Position numbers and translations under genes: made by a program. Shown in pieces: positions 51,001 through 60,259 of a stretch of DNA of 64,000 bases; within the stretch, counting starts at the first letter, position 1, and each line of letters starts with the position of its first letter. Under the pieces are notes generated by a model. It had not been told where the DNA came from. It saw nothing but the letters and a program-made list of their open reading frames with translations, and ran no database searches. The stretch is from Ostreococcus lucimarinus (taxonomy: Eukaryota). Location of the stretch: the NCBI GenBank assembly GCA_000092065.1, contig CP000598.1, one strand, 5' to 3'.

Positions 51001-53277
51001 GTGATGTTCGCGTGCGATGCGCGGGCGACTCTGCCCGCGCATCGAACGCAGCGGCGCGCGCGACGACGAGCGCTTCCGATAGTACTCGTCGCGCTGTGCG
51101 CGTGCTGGCTGTGCAGAGAGCGCACGCGCGAGCGCGCCCGAGAAAGCGATGATGTTGCACTCCAACGTAAAAAGTCGCGAGTGGTCGTCGAACCGTGCAT
51201 CGGAGGTCGGCTTGAAGCGTCGATAGCCGACGAACCGGAATCGATTCGCTTCGCTACGTTTGCCTTTGCGCGGAACGCTGGCAAAAGATGGAGCGTGGAA
51301 AGCACGAAGATAGCTTTGCGGCTCATGTACTCGTCGTTGGCGAGATCGCAAGCAAGGAAACCGCCGTGTTTACACGTGTACACGGACACGCCGGGCGTGA
51401 TTCCGCTCAAGACCACGTTTGGCACAGAGGTTGACGTAATCACGCACGCGTGCGACTCGCAGTCTTTTCCGCCAAACGCTTACACGAACGTCGGGCCGTG
51501 GGCGGCGCTTTCACGAGCGAAACTTGATGCTGTAGAACATTTAATGACGGTGTTCGGTGCGAGGGTGATATGGATCGATCTCGACACTCTCGTCTTCGTA
51601 GACTTGGGACAGACGTTCAGGCAAAGCTCGTCGTGGGTCGTGGGTTACCAAAGAGGCGCGCACTGCGAGGGAATAAGAGCATGTTTTCATTCCGCGCACT
51701 CTTCGGTTCGACCGGAATTCGACGCACTCGGAGATCTCTGGTCGCTCGATCGCGAAACAATAGCAAAGGTCAGAGACTTTGAACGGAGGAGGATTACGTC
51801 CAGCGCGAGGACGCCACCGAAATACGATTTACAAACGTATTACGGACAGATGCTCGAGGAAGAAATGTTATCGAGCGATGTGTTGCTGCACAAACTTTTG
51901 TCGAGTCATAACTTTGGTTTCTTTTGTTCCAACTTCATGCATCCGACGGTTGAAAACTTGGAACTTTCAATTGACGAGGAGGGGAATCTCGTCTGTCCTC
52001 GACGGCCGGATGTCAAAATGGGCGAACGCGTGGGCGCGATTTCGTTCACAGCCAAGACGTTTCAAAGTATGTTTTCCGCAGACGGCGATGTATTCGAAAA
52101 CATAGCGCATCCCGGAGCGCGACGATGGCTGCGCGACTGGTTTTATGGTCCTATCGCTAGAGGGAGCAACGGCTCGGCGCGCCCCGGCGTCGACAAAAAC
52201 GTCGATTCAAAGCCGAAGACTGATCACGAGCGAATGGTTTTCACGCCAATGAAGCCATCGAGCGATAGGTACGACGACACAGATATCGTTTCAGTTAAGC
52301 GATGGTACGGTCGGCTCGGCAATAGGGTACGGATATTTGCGATGATGCTCGAGGACGCGCTGGTCCGCGGTTGTCACGTGCGCATACTCGACGACATACT
52401 ACCGGGATGGAGATCAGAAAATACGTTTTTCGCAAACAAACAGATCGATGGTGTGCGGAATAAGCGTGCTGCGAAGAAGTGTCAGAAACTGAGCGGGCGT
52501 CGCTGGTACGATACGTACCTCAAATCGAAAGATGCGCTTCGTCAACAGAACGGTTTTGCAGACGACCGAATGTCTATACCAGACGGGTCTGTCGTAACCA
52601 ATGCTATCTCGCGTTACTTTGAAACGAACGTGACGCACGCGTTTGGTCGTGCCTGCGAGAGTGTCGGCGATGATGTGCTCGCGGTGCACGTGCGCGCGGG
52701 AGACATCGTCAGCGGCTCCTACAGTCGTTGGACGGGTCATTTCGTTGCGAAAGAGCCGTCAAAGCACACGACGTACGGACCTTTTCCGACGTCGTACTAC
52801 GCGAGCGTGCAGAGTTACGCTTCGGAATCGGCATTACAAGTGCGAGTTTTCTGCGAAGACTTGAACAATCCAACGTGTATGTTTTTTCAACAGCTCGCCG
52901 CGGTACTTCCAAACGTCACCATGAGACTTGGACGGGACTTGATTTCTGACTTGGTGGAGTTTAACTGCGCCGCTCGCGTAGCGTTTTCGTACGGCTCGTT
53001 TCGAGATGCGCTAGTTCTAAGAAATCGTCCTTTACGAACGCACGACTTTTTCTTTGACAGAAATGAAGCCGAGACTACGTGCTCGCGCGCGTCGCGTGGA
53101 TCGAGCGCGCGACACCGCCGGTATTTCTTCGCGTTGAAAAGCGACGAAATAGAGTATCAAAAATGGATTCGCCGGAATAACTGGCGCAACACGGCGAGGC
53201 AGCGCCACTTGGTTGACAAACACTATCAAATTGGTTTCGTTGAATGCGAGAACCGTGGAAAGGATTTCTTCGGGTAG
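51001..53277 (+). CDS. two-domain glycosyltransferase: an N-terminal GT-A-like nucleotide-diphospho-sugar transferase domain and a C-terminal O-fucosyltransferase/GT23-like GT-B domain
   Basis: The TM anchor is 'LPIVLVALCACWL'. 'ARVIWIDLDTLVFVDL' is a DxD-type motif. The C-terminal half has 'WYGRLGNRV' (GG.GN(Q/R) motif I) and 'LAVHVRAGD' (the HxR.GD motif of POFUT/FUT8-type enzymes). The start is uncertain in the GC-rich 5' part. Confidence 0.45.
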   Translation: MMFACDARATLPAHRTQRRARRRALPIVLVALCACWLCRERTRERARESDDVALQRKKSRVVVEPCIGGRLEASIADEPESIRFATFAFARNAGKRWSVESTKIALRLMYSSLARSQARKPPCLHVYTDTPGVIPLKTTFGTEVDVITHACDSQSFPPNAYTNVGPWAALSRAKLDAVEHLMTVFGARVIWIDLDTLVFVDLGQTFRQSSSWVVGYQRGAHCEGIRACFHSAHSSVRPEFDALGDLWSLDRETIAKVRDFERRRITSSARTPPKYDLQTYYGQMLEEEMLSSDVLLHKLLSSHNFGFFCSNFMHPTVENLELSIDEEGNLVCPRRPDVKMGERVGAISFTAKTFQSMFSADGDVFENIAHPGARRWLRDWFYGPIARGSNGSARPGVDKNVDSKPKTDHERMVFTPMKPSSDRYDDTDIVSVKRWYGRLGNRVRIFAMMLEDALVRGCHVRILDDILPGWRSENTFFANKQIDGVRNKRAAKKCQKLSGRRWYDTYLKSKDALRQQNGFADDRMSIPDGSVVTNAISRYFETNVTHAFGRACESVGDDVLAVHVRAGDIVSGSYSRWTGHFVAKEPSKHTTYGPFPTSYYASVQSYASESALQVRVFCEDLNNPTCMFFQQLAAVLPNVTMRLGRDLISDLVEFNCAARVAFSYGSFRDALVLRNRPLRTHDFFFDRNEAETTCSRASRGSSARHRRYFFALKSDEIEYQKWIRRNNWRNTARQRHLVDKHYQIGFVECENRGKDFFG

Positions 53278-53705
53278 GCTGAGAGCGGTTGCATCGGCTC
53301 AAAGTGGCATAGTGCTTGAAACTAATTAAGCGTCTTGTGTCTGTCAGTCATAACCACCTTTGCGAGAGGCGATTGTCCGTCATGGTCGTCGGTTCAGCCG
53401 TGCATAGGAATCATTTTAGCGATAGCAAAGGGAGCGAATGGTACACGATCAAGGTGGTCGAGCTTCTCACGCGACGCGGCCACGACATCGTGCAGCGGCT
53501 GAGCGCGCTCCCGGATGACGATTTCGTCTATCTGGCGAACGCGCGGTACTTTTTTCCCACTGGCGGCGGGTACGGAGGACAGGCGAGCATTTGCGTCGAA
53601 AGACTCGGTGGAACGTCGAGCTGGTGGCGCTGGTTTCGTCATCGAAAAGTTGAGCGCTGACTCGAAAGGACGTGCCCAGTGATTTACAAGAGTGTCTATC
53701 ACTTA

Positions 53706-54743
53706 CTACGAGTTTAGGGAATTTTCCACGCCCTCAATACCACCATCGAAGCGAATGAATGCGAATTCGACGCACATTTTGTGCAATAGTGAATACTTGA
53801 TATTCGGCTCTTTGTGGAAAATGTAAAAGTTTTCGTCGTGAAGGCGTCGGAAGAAACGTTTCGCCACCGGCTCGCGCAAAGGGTCGAGCGCGCCGCGGCC
53901 GAAAAGTTGATCGCCGACGATCAGAGAGAGCCACGATTGATGTACTTCTTTCAAGTTCGAGTCAATCGTGCCCGCGTGTATTTCCACGAGCATTTCATCG
54001 ACGCGCACGTCGGCGTCGATCCAGCTGCCGTAAGTGCTCCATTCGCAGCCTTCGCAGTCAATTTTTAATACGTCTATCGTCCTTCCTTTGTGACCGAGCG
54101 CGACGACGACGTCGGCTAAACTTTTCAAATCGCTCCCATCGGGTTCGCGCGCGCCTCCTAATCCCCATGGTTGAAAGTGGACACCGCACGGTTTGTTTCG
54201 CGGGTTCGACACCGTGTGATCGAACACGTGTATTTCGCACGCGCTCGACACGTCCCGCATGATCGCTTCTTCGAAACTAAAGTCATCGAAACTTCCGACG
54301 CTATATATCAAACCGTCCGCCCCCCGCGCGCGCAGACGGTTCGGGTCGCACAAACACTTCCCACCCTCGCCAGCTGGACCGACGCGCTCTTCGCGCGCGC
54401 ACGTCACGGCGGGCTCCACGTTGTCTTGGTACCAACCGTCGGCTCTCTGCGTACCTCCGCGCGAGACGGTGTCGAAGAGCGCGTAGCGCTTGAGCTTATC
54501 GGCGTTGATCGCGTTGATCGCGCGATCGAAGGCGGCGTCGACGTCTTTTGCGATCGGCGCCGTCGAACGCGTCGGCTTCGGTTGTGCGCACGAGTGCTGT
54601 TCTTCGACCCGAGCACGCACGGGTTTGGCGAGGTGATACCGTGTGAACAGGGTGAAACACGCCGCGAAAAGCAGCAACGCGCTGATTTCTCGCGCGCGCT
54701 TCGATCGTGCGAGGACGGAGCCGTTCGAAGCGAGACGAATCAT
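53706..54743 (-). CDS. FkbM-like methyltransferase, type II membrane topology
   Basis: The anchor is 'ALLLFAACFTLF'. 'LIYSVGSFDDFSFEEAI' and 'IDVLKIDCEGCEWSTY' match the FkbM LKIDvEG motif. Confidence 0.45.
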   Translation of the reverse strand: MIRLASNGSVLARSKRAREISALLLFAACFTLFTRYHLAKPVRARVEEQHSCAQPKPTRSTAPIAKDVDAAFDRAINAINADKLKRYALFDTVSRGGTQRADGWYQDNVEPAVTCAREERVGPAGEGGKCLCDPNRLRARGADGLIYSVGSFDDFSFEEAIMRDVSSACEIHVFDHTVSNPRNKPCGVHFQPWGLGGAREPDGSDLKSLADVVVALGHKGRTIDVLKIDCEGCEWSTYGSWIDADVRVDEMLVEIHAGTIDSNLKEVHQSWLSLIVGDQLFGRGALDPLREPVAKRFFRRLHDENFYIFHKEPNIKYSLLHKMCVEFAFIRFDGGIEGVENSLNS

Positions 54744-54900
54744 GAAACGAACGACGAATACTGCGGGAAGAGAAGTGAGGTGAGTGATTACGCACGTGAC
54801 GAGAATGATACACTATGATGCGATTTCGAGACTACATCACTACACGTTGAGCTAGAATCTACGTACGATCGATCGCGCCAAATGGTTTCCACCGACTTCT

Positions 54901-55779
54901 TCACGACGCATAAATGTCCCCTCCCCGCGACATTTCGCTGTAGTGCTTCGTCGCTCGAGGCAGCTTAAAGTGCAACAACACCTCCTCGTCTGTGCGCACG
55001 TCCGCGACGCGTCGACTCGCCGCGCTCAACGCGTCTCTATGTTGCACGCGCCAACGGAACTCGATCGAATCTCCATCCGCGATGCTTTCGTAGAGCAACG
55101 CGGGCCCGGTGTAGTACAACGAATGATAAAAGTGTTGTCGGTCGGCGACGTTCGCGGCGATTTTGTCCATCGCGCGCGCGAAAACATCCAACCCGGGGAC
55201 CGCCACCATGAACGCGTTCCACACTTGTTTCGGCCCGCCCGCGAGTTTGTACACGCGTCTGTCGTACACGAACAACGCGTCGTGGCGCATATCGTGGGTC
55301 AATTCGTCGAGAGACTTCACCAGTAAAATGTCATCGTCCATCCAAGCGCCGCCTTCGGTGTACAGAATGCAGTACCGCAACAAATCAGCCTTGAACGCGA
55401 GTGGTTTTAGTGCTCTGTACGCGCGTAAATATTTTTTGCAGTTCGTTTCTATATACTCGGCTCCGCCGTACACGTCGTACGTCTTCAACGTCCACGTCGG
55501 GTTGAGTCGCGTGGTGATTTTTAACGGGAACGACGAATCGTTCGGTAACGTCAGGGTGTGCAACTTGCGAGGTAAAGGCTTTGTGTCAGTCGTCGTTGTC
55601 CATAACACCGGTACTGGTACGTCGTTCCAATGACTTTGTAAACCTCGCCAAAATGCTTGAAGCAAAAGTATACTTGCTATGGTGACGAATAGTACGAACG
55701 CGAACGTTCGTGTAGTCTTGCGACGAATATAGCGTGAGACGATGGTAAACGACTCGTTCCAAATGCCTTCGCCTTTCAT
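54901..55779 (-). CDS. glycosyltransferase family 32 (Och1/alpha-1,6-mannosyltransferase-like, DxD)
   Basis: 'KADLLRYCILYTEGGAWMDDDILL' is the GT32 signature (kaDllRy.iLy.yGGiYlDtD). The anchor is 'FAFVLFVTIASILLL'. Confidence 0.75.
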   Translation of the reverse strand: MKGEGIWNESFTIVSRYIRRKTTRTFAFVLFVTIASILLLQAFWRGLQSHWNDVPVPVLWTTTTDTKPLPRKLHTLTLPNDSSFPLKITTRLNPTWTLKTYDVYGGAEYIETNCKKYLRAYRALKPLAFKADLLRYCILYTEGGAWMDDDILLVKSLDELTHDMRHDALFVYDRRVYKLAGGPKQVWNAFMVAVPGLDVFARAMDKIAANVADRQHFYHSLYYTGPALLYESIADGDSIEFRWRVQHRDALSAASRRVADVRTDEEVLLHFKLPRATKHYSEMSRGGDIYAS

Positions 55780-55884
55780 ATCTCGCGAGGAGAAATTTGT
55801 GACGAAGAAGCCCTCGTTCGCGCGAAACGTTTCGTTCAGAGTGTTGCGGAATCCGCCGGCTTGCCTTATTAAAGGCTCGTTACA

Positions 55885-58563
55885 TGCGAGCTATACCTTA
55901 TATGATTGTGAGCAATCGGGCCTAGTGCGTCGATAAGTGATGATGATTACAAGGAGCTATGATTGATTAGTTCATTAATGAGTGTTAACTCGTCAATTAG
56001 TCATCCTAGGTTAACTAGGGGAAGCTATACTTCATACTTTACTCTTCAGATTTCTAACACACCTCCTTAGCTTTCTCTAGTCTGAGGGCTTATCAATCAA
56101 TACCTTTGAAAGGTTGGATTTCCTCACTTTCGACCTTCTCGAGATATTCTTGAAATGTGTGCAGAGCGTCACTCTTCACCATACCTTCACTCAACCTCTG
56201 GTTGATGAAGTCTCGTATGTCCTTTGAAGATATATGACTTAACATTACGTTGAAGTGATTAGAACACTCGTGAACGTCTGTTGTACCTGAAAAGTTCTTC
56301 TTGTTCGGCAATATCTTTGTCAACATATCGGCTAGATTGTATGACGATCCGATGTTGAATGGCTGTATAATCCCTTCTCTGTGAGCATAATGTTGGAGCC
56401 AAGCGTATCTTATTTCCATATGCTTGTTTGACTTTGACGACATCGTCTCCATCGCTTGTCGAATGGCTGTCGTGTTGTCACAAAACAATGGTACCCTGGA
56501 AAGTTTGAACCCAAGTTCTCTAAGTAACAAGATTTGAAAGAATAAATCTTTCGCGGCTTCATACATTGCCATAAACTCTGCTTGCGCTGAACTCGTGGCT
56601 GGTATTCCTTGCAGTTTGCTCTTCCAATTGGTAGGGCCGCATGAAAAAGATATATACCCCGATGTGGATTTTCTTCCGCATCTATCTTTCGAATTTAAGG
56701 ATAACTTTTGGCCTGCCCAATCCGAGTCTGTAAATCCTGCAAGTCTCACTATACCATTGCATTCAGCACCGTTGTAGGTTAATGGAATATTGGGGTTCCT
56801 CTTGAGATATCCAACTGCTCTGCATAGAGCGCTAAATTGTTTATGCGTTGGGTTACTTGCTACTCTTCCAGCTAGGCTGCATACCACAGCAAGATCCGGG
56901 CGAGTAGCTGTATTGAACCAATTCAGACTTCCCAACACTTGTTGATATGTTGTCCGTTTCATCCTGTCTACTGCATCTGTGTCATCCTCCTTGGCGAGAA
57001 CAAACATATCTGATGGTAGTAACGGTGAATCGCGAGCATTGATGTCTTGCACTGGGCATTTTGCTAGGAATTGCGCAATCGAATATTCTTGGCTCAGTGT
57101 GTAGCAGTGCTTCTCTAATCTGTGCATATTAATGCCGTTATACACTTTGCACTGTTCAAATTGCGATACTTTGTAGGTGTCTGAAAACTCGGTGTGGAAA
57201 CGTTCAACTTTTTCATTGTCCTGAGCCAATATTAGGAGATCATCCACCAAGACTGAAATGATCAGAAATGGTTTACCATGATTCATCTTAACAAATAAGC
57301 AGCTATCTTTGGCTAGTTGGGTTAAACCAATAGACCTTAGTGTCTTGGTTACATGAAGATACCAACATCTTCCAGCTTGCTTTGTTCCATATAGAGGTCT
57401 CTTTAATTTGTAGACTACTCCTTTCGGAAGCGGATGAGATCGTGGTGCTTTGATGAATATATCATCTAAAAGCTCTCCTTGAGTATAAGCTTGGGATACA
57501 TCTATCGTAAAGATGTCCCATCCTAAGATTGCCGCAATATTGATGAGTATCCTAAACGTGGTCATGGAAGCAACAGCACTAAATGTGTCGTGGTAGTCCT
57601 TCAACCAAACTTGGGTGAATCCTTGCACTACCAATCTAGACTTAAGGGAACCATCTGGTTTTACCTTATCTACCCATTTGGATCCACAAATATTTGCATC
57701 TCCGGCTTCATCAATACTGACCTCCATTAATGTGGTTTCGAGCAATCCATTGAGCTCTTTTGCTCTGCTCTCTGAGAAATCCACACTTGACTCATCAATA
57801 ATTTTACCGTATTCTTCGCCTTTTGCGACGGCTGTGGCTAGCACACTGTGTGCTGCCCTATTTGTCGAATCAGCGTTATTTAGCGCAGGATTCAATTTTA
57901 CCGTTTTATCGCCATAACTCCCGCCCTGAAGCTGGATATGCGAATACTTAGAGAACTTGGGTTCAAACTTTCCAGGGTACCATTGTTTTGTGACAACACG
58001 ACAGCCATTCGACAAGCGATGGAGACGATGTCGTCAAAGTCAAACAAGCATATGGAAATAAGATACGCTTGGCTCCAACATTATGCTCACAGAGAAGGGA
58101 TTATACAGCCATTCAACATCGGATCGTCATACAATCTAGCCGATATGTTGACAAAGATATTGCCGAACAAGAAGAACTTTTCAGGTACAACAGACGTTCA
58201 CGAGTGTTCTAATCACTTCAACGTAATGTTAAGTCATATATCTTCAAAGGACATACGAGACTTCATCAACCAGAGGTTGAGTGAAGGTATGGTGAAGAGT
58301 GACGCTCTGCACACATTTCAAGAATATCTCGAGAAGGTCGAAAGTGAGGAAATCCAACCTTTCAAAGGTATTGATTGATAAGCCCTCAGACTAGAGAAAG
58401 CTAAGGAGGTGTGTTAGAAATCTGAAGAGTAAAGTATGAAGTATAGCTTCCCCTAGTTAACCTAGGATGACTAATTGACGAGTTAACACTCATTAATGAA
58501 CTAATCAATCATAGCTCCTTGTAATCATCATCACTTATCGACGCACTAGGCCCGATTGCTCAC
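55885..58563. mobile_element. truncated Ty1/copia retrotransposon rearranged into a palindrome: the RT core is flanked by roughly 640-bp inverted copies of its own 3' end (RNase H C-terminus + PPT + LTR)
   Basis: Arm A, 55885..56526, is the reverse complement of arm B, 57948..58563. The arm B ORF 57938..58378 encodes the same 146 aa as the C-terminus of the minus-strand pol ORF. The LTR TGTTAG...GCTCGCA sits at 55885..56059, with the PPT-like 'gctaaggaggtg' next to it. Confidence 0.8.
56093..58015 (-). CDS. copia-type pol fragment (reverse transcriptase + RNase H). gag, PR and IN are absent
   Basis: 'YVDDLLILAQDNEKVE' is RT motif C (the YVDD box). 'ATSSAQAEFMAMYEAAKDLFFQILLLRELG...CDNTTAIRQA' is the copia RNase H. 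The first roughly 25 codons of the ORF are the antisense of arm B and are not genuine. Confidence 0.8.
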   Translation of the reverse strand: MSNGCRVVTKQWYPGKFEPKFSKYSHIQLQGGSYGDKTVKLNPALNNADSTNRAAHSVLATAVAKGEEYGKIIDESSVDFSESRAKELNGLLETTLMEVSIDEAGDANICGSKWVDKVKPDGSLKSRLVVQGFTQVWLKDYHDTFSAVASMTTFRILINIAAILGWDIFTIDVSQAYTQGELLDDIFIKAPRSHPLPKGVVYKLKRPLYGTKQAGRCWYLHVTKTLRSIGLTQLAKDSCLFVKMNHGKPFLIISVLVDDLLILAQDNEKVERFHTEFSDTYKVSQFEQCKVYNGINMHRLEKHCYTLSQEYSIAQFLAKCPVQDINARDSPLLPSDMFVLAKEDDTDAVDRMKRTTYQQVLGSLNWFNTATRPDLAVVCSLAGRVASNPTHKQFSALCRAVGYLKRNPNIPLTYNGAECNGIVRLAGFTDSDWAGQKLSLNSKDRCGRKSTSGYISFSCGPTNWKSKLQGIPATSSAQAEFMAMYEAAKDLFFQILLLRELGFKLSRVPLFCDNTTAIRQAMETMSSKSNKHMEIRYAWLQHYAHREGIIQPFNIGSSYNLADMLTKILPNKKNFSGTTDVHECSNHFNVMLSHISSKDIRDFINQRLSEGMVKSDALHTFQEYLEKVESEEIQPFKGID

Positions 58564-58798
58564 CTTAGTCGGCTTAAGTATTATTCATATTTTCGGCTAT
58601 CTCTTCGTCGGCCTAACAGCGAAATTTCCCTCTTTTGCACGTCCGGTTCGCCCAGCTCAGCCGCTTAACGAGTTCATTTCAACTTGAAATTTTCAAGGTA
58701 AAAAAGGCAACCTAAACGCTGTACTCAAGGTCCAACCTTAGTGTGCACCTAGACGTGTACCCACCGGTTCTCCTCCCTTCATCTCTTCCTCGCCGTTT

Positions 58799-60196
58799 TT
58801 GAAGTGTCACGCGCCGTCACTTAAGACGGCGATGCCCCGCCAGTTCCGTCTTCCGCCTCGCTCTGAAAGTTTGCTATTTAGTAGTGACTGTGCAAGAGGG
58901 GCACATGCCACAAGCCACGGTGGTAGACGAGGGGTGGGCCGACATAGACAAAATCACTGCGTAGTCCTCGCGTGGCGTCTTCTAACTCTCACTTGCGCGA
59001 TTTCCGTGTGTGCTTTGTTGGTCGCTCGCGGCCTGGAAAACATTCGTTTGTACCGTGCTGGGAACTTTGTTAGCTCTTTGGCACACGTATTGGACAGGGC
59101 AGTCGGTGTGGAGAAACTCGAGGAACTTCAGAAAGTGTGCACGCGGAGTACGGCGATAGAGGAGACATACCTGGTGACTGGCGCAGCTGGTTTTATCGGA
59201 AGTTACGTCGCACGAGCGCTCAACGAGCGTCGTGTACGAGTCGTTGGTTTAGATAACATCAACGGCTACTACCCGAGGGCTTTGAAGAGAAATCGGATTT
59301 CAAAGCTCGCAGAGGTTGGCGTGCACGTGGTGGAGGCGGACCTCAATGACTCTTTGACACTCAGGGGGATTTTAGATACGTGTAGAGTGACGACAATCGT
59401 ACACTTGGCAGCACAAGCGGGCGTGAGATATGCAGTGAAAAATCCAGGGTCGTATGTTCACTCAAATGTCGCAGGTTTTGTTTCACTGCTCGAAGAAGTA
59501 GTGAAGACAAGTCCTATACCAAGAGTGATCTTTGCCTCGTCGTCGAGTGTATATGGGTTGAACACAAAGCTTCCGTTTAGCGAATCGGATGTAACTGATT
59601 CGCCAGCGTCACTATACGCCGCAACCAAAAAAGCGAATGAACTCTTGGCGCGCACATACAATCATATTCATGGTGTTGCATTGACGGCGCTGCGCTTTTT
59701 CACAGTCTATGGGCCGCACGGTAGACCTGATATGGCGTACTACTCGTTCGCGAATAATATCAGGGCAGGGCAACTTGTGAATATATTTAGAAGTGCCGAT
59801 GGCAGTGAACTTGCACGTGACTTTACATACATAGATGATATTGTTCGTGGTATCATTGCAGCATGCGATACAAGCGAGGCTAGTGGGAAGAAAGCAGATG
59901 GTTCGAACCCACCTTTTAGGGTATATAATCTTGGCAACACGCATCCGGTGACGGTGAGCGACTTCGTCTCGAAACTTGAACACGCCCTTGGCATGGTGGC
60001 CAAGCGCAACTACTTGCCCATGCCCAAGACTGGGGATGTCCCTTACACACATGCCAACATCAGTGCTGCTGAACGTGACTTGTCGTACAAACCCAGAGTT
60101 GATCTTGATACTGGTCTTCAATATTTCGCGGAATGGTACTTAGGTTACTATGATAGTGGCGCGAACAGTGAGGACTTCAAGTACATACCACTGTGA
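58799..60196 (+). CDS. UDP-glucuronate 4-epimerase (GAE-type, membrane-anchored)
   Basis: 'YLVTGAAGFIGSYVA' is the GxxGxxG. 'YAATKKANE' is the YxxxK pair. 'FFTVYGPHGRPDMAYYSFANNI' matches the GAE signature FFTVYGPWGRPDMAYFFFT. The N-terminal TM is 'VVLAWRLLTLTCAISVCALLV'. Confidence 0.8.
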   Translation: MKCHAPSLKTAMPRQFRLPPRSESLLFSSDCARGAHATSHGGRRGVGRHRQNHCVVLAWRLLTLTCAISVCALLVARGLENIRLYRAGNFVSSLAHVLDRAVGVEKLEELQKVCTRSTAIEETYLVTGAAGFIGSYVARALNERRVRVVGLDNINGYYPRALKRNRISKLAEVGVHVVEADLNDSLTLRGILDTCRVTTIVHLAAQAGVRYAVKNPGSYVHSNVAGFVSLLEEVVKTSPIPRVIFASSSSVYGLNTKLPFSESDVTDSPASLYAATKKANELLARTYNHIHGVALTALRFFTVYGPHGRPDMAYYSFANNIRAGQLVNIFRSADGSELARDFTYIDDIVRGIIAACDTSEASGKKADGSNPPFRVYNLGNTHPVTVSDFVSKLEHALGMVAKRNYLPMPKTGDVPYTHANISAAERDLSYKPRVDLDTGLQYFAEWYLGYYDSGANSEDFKYIPL

Positions 60197-60259
60197 TGCA
60201 TCTGATCTGAAGAACCGACCACGAGATTTGGAGATGAACGCTTTAGCTTCCAATAAAAT

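Noticed and set aside
50396-51443. Overlapping ORFs on both strands at 50.4-51.4 kb (135, 224, 175, 130 aa)
   Set aside because: Same GC-rich artefact pattern. Only the + frame continuing into the GT domains at 51.3 kb onward shows protein-like sequence.
57938-58378. 146-aa ORF encoding an RNase H-like protein on the + strand
   Set aside because: It is the inverted duplicate of the C-terminus of the minus-strand copia pol ORF (identical residues), not an independent gene.
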